From: a virus
Taxonomy: Duplodnaviria > Caudoviricetes
DNA: 64,000 nucleotides
Virus record (IMG/VR): IMGVR_UViG_3300029288_000056
Location: 192,001 to 256,000 of that record
Direction: 5' to 3' (one strand)
Shown piece after piece: positions 63,641 through 64,000 of this stretch; position 1 is the stretch's first letter, and each line of letters starts with the position of its first letter. Position numbers and translations under genes: made by a program. The notes under the pieces are model-generated. The model did no database searches and was not told where the DNA came from. It worked only from the letters and a program-made list of their open reading frames with translations.

Positions 63641-64000
63641 GCCTTTTTTCTCATCCCAACGATCTTTTTTATACCGGTTTCGAATTGGCCACTTTGCTTA
63701 GTCTCGCGAATAACAGACAAAACCTGAACAAGCTTATTAATATTGTTCAAGGACCTTTCGTCGTTTTTGTCACTAAGAGCCTCTATAGCCTTTATTACTG
63801 CCCTATGTTTTATGTTTAGCATCAACTCGTAGGGATTGGAGCCGTTAGTTCCTATCACTGAAGATAGCTCCCGTCTGTCAAATTCTATTCCGTGTATATA
63901 GTCCCATAATGGTCTGTATTGTATATCGTCAGATCTGAAAAGCACCCCTGCGGCATCCCTTAGACCGTCGTTGTTAGACATCATAAACAATAATTTACGT

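Overview
A 64-kb segment of a large (probably jumbo-type) bacteriophage genome. Essentially all genes are on the minus strand, densely packed, often coupled by TAATG/ATGA overlaps, and read in standard code 11. No structural, lysis or integrase genes were recognised. Contents: (i) replication and repair genes: DnaE, DnaB, an initiator-like protein, an SNF2/HARP-like helicase, SSB, RecO, an ATP-dependent DNA ligase, a DUF1848 radical-SAM-like protein and a WYL protein; (ii) RNA and nucleotide counter-defence-type genes: Rnl1-like RNA ligase, metallophosphoesterase, macrodomain, HD-CoaD-like fusion and TYW3-like protein; (iii) seven CCA-less tRNA genes; (iv) selfish nucleases (HNH/NUMOD3, GIY-YIG, PD-(D/E)XK, a solo TnpB) and a nuclease-methyltransferase fusion; (v) roughly 100 small hypothetical ORFs driven by 15 copies of a sigma70-type promoter (GCTTGACT-16/17 nt-TG.TAnnnT), several apparently giving leaderless mRNAs. 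The most striking element is a phage Ro60/TROVE locus (46981-49846) flanked by FOUR related Y-RNA-like stem-loops. They share an AAUGCU..GGGAUUACAUU..CUC..CUGU core but carry different modules: one circularly permuted tRNA mimic (YrlA-like), one three-hairpin junction and two minimal forms. Two unknown ORFs lie inside the array. Also notable are a tRNA-Gly with a long variable arm and C33, and ORFs starting 0-4 nt after tRNA 3' ends. All calls come from reading motifs by eye; no database searches or folding programs were run.
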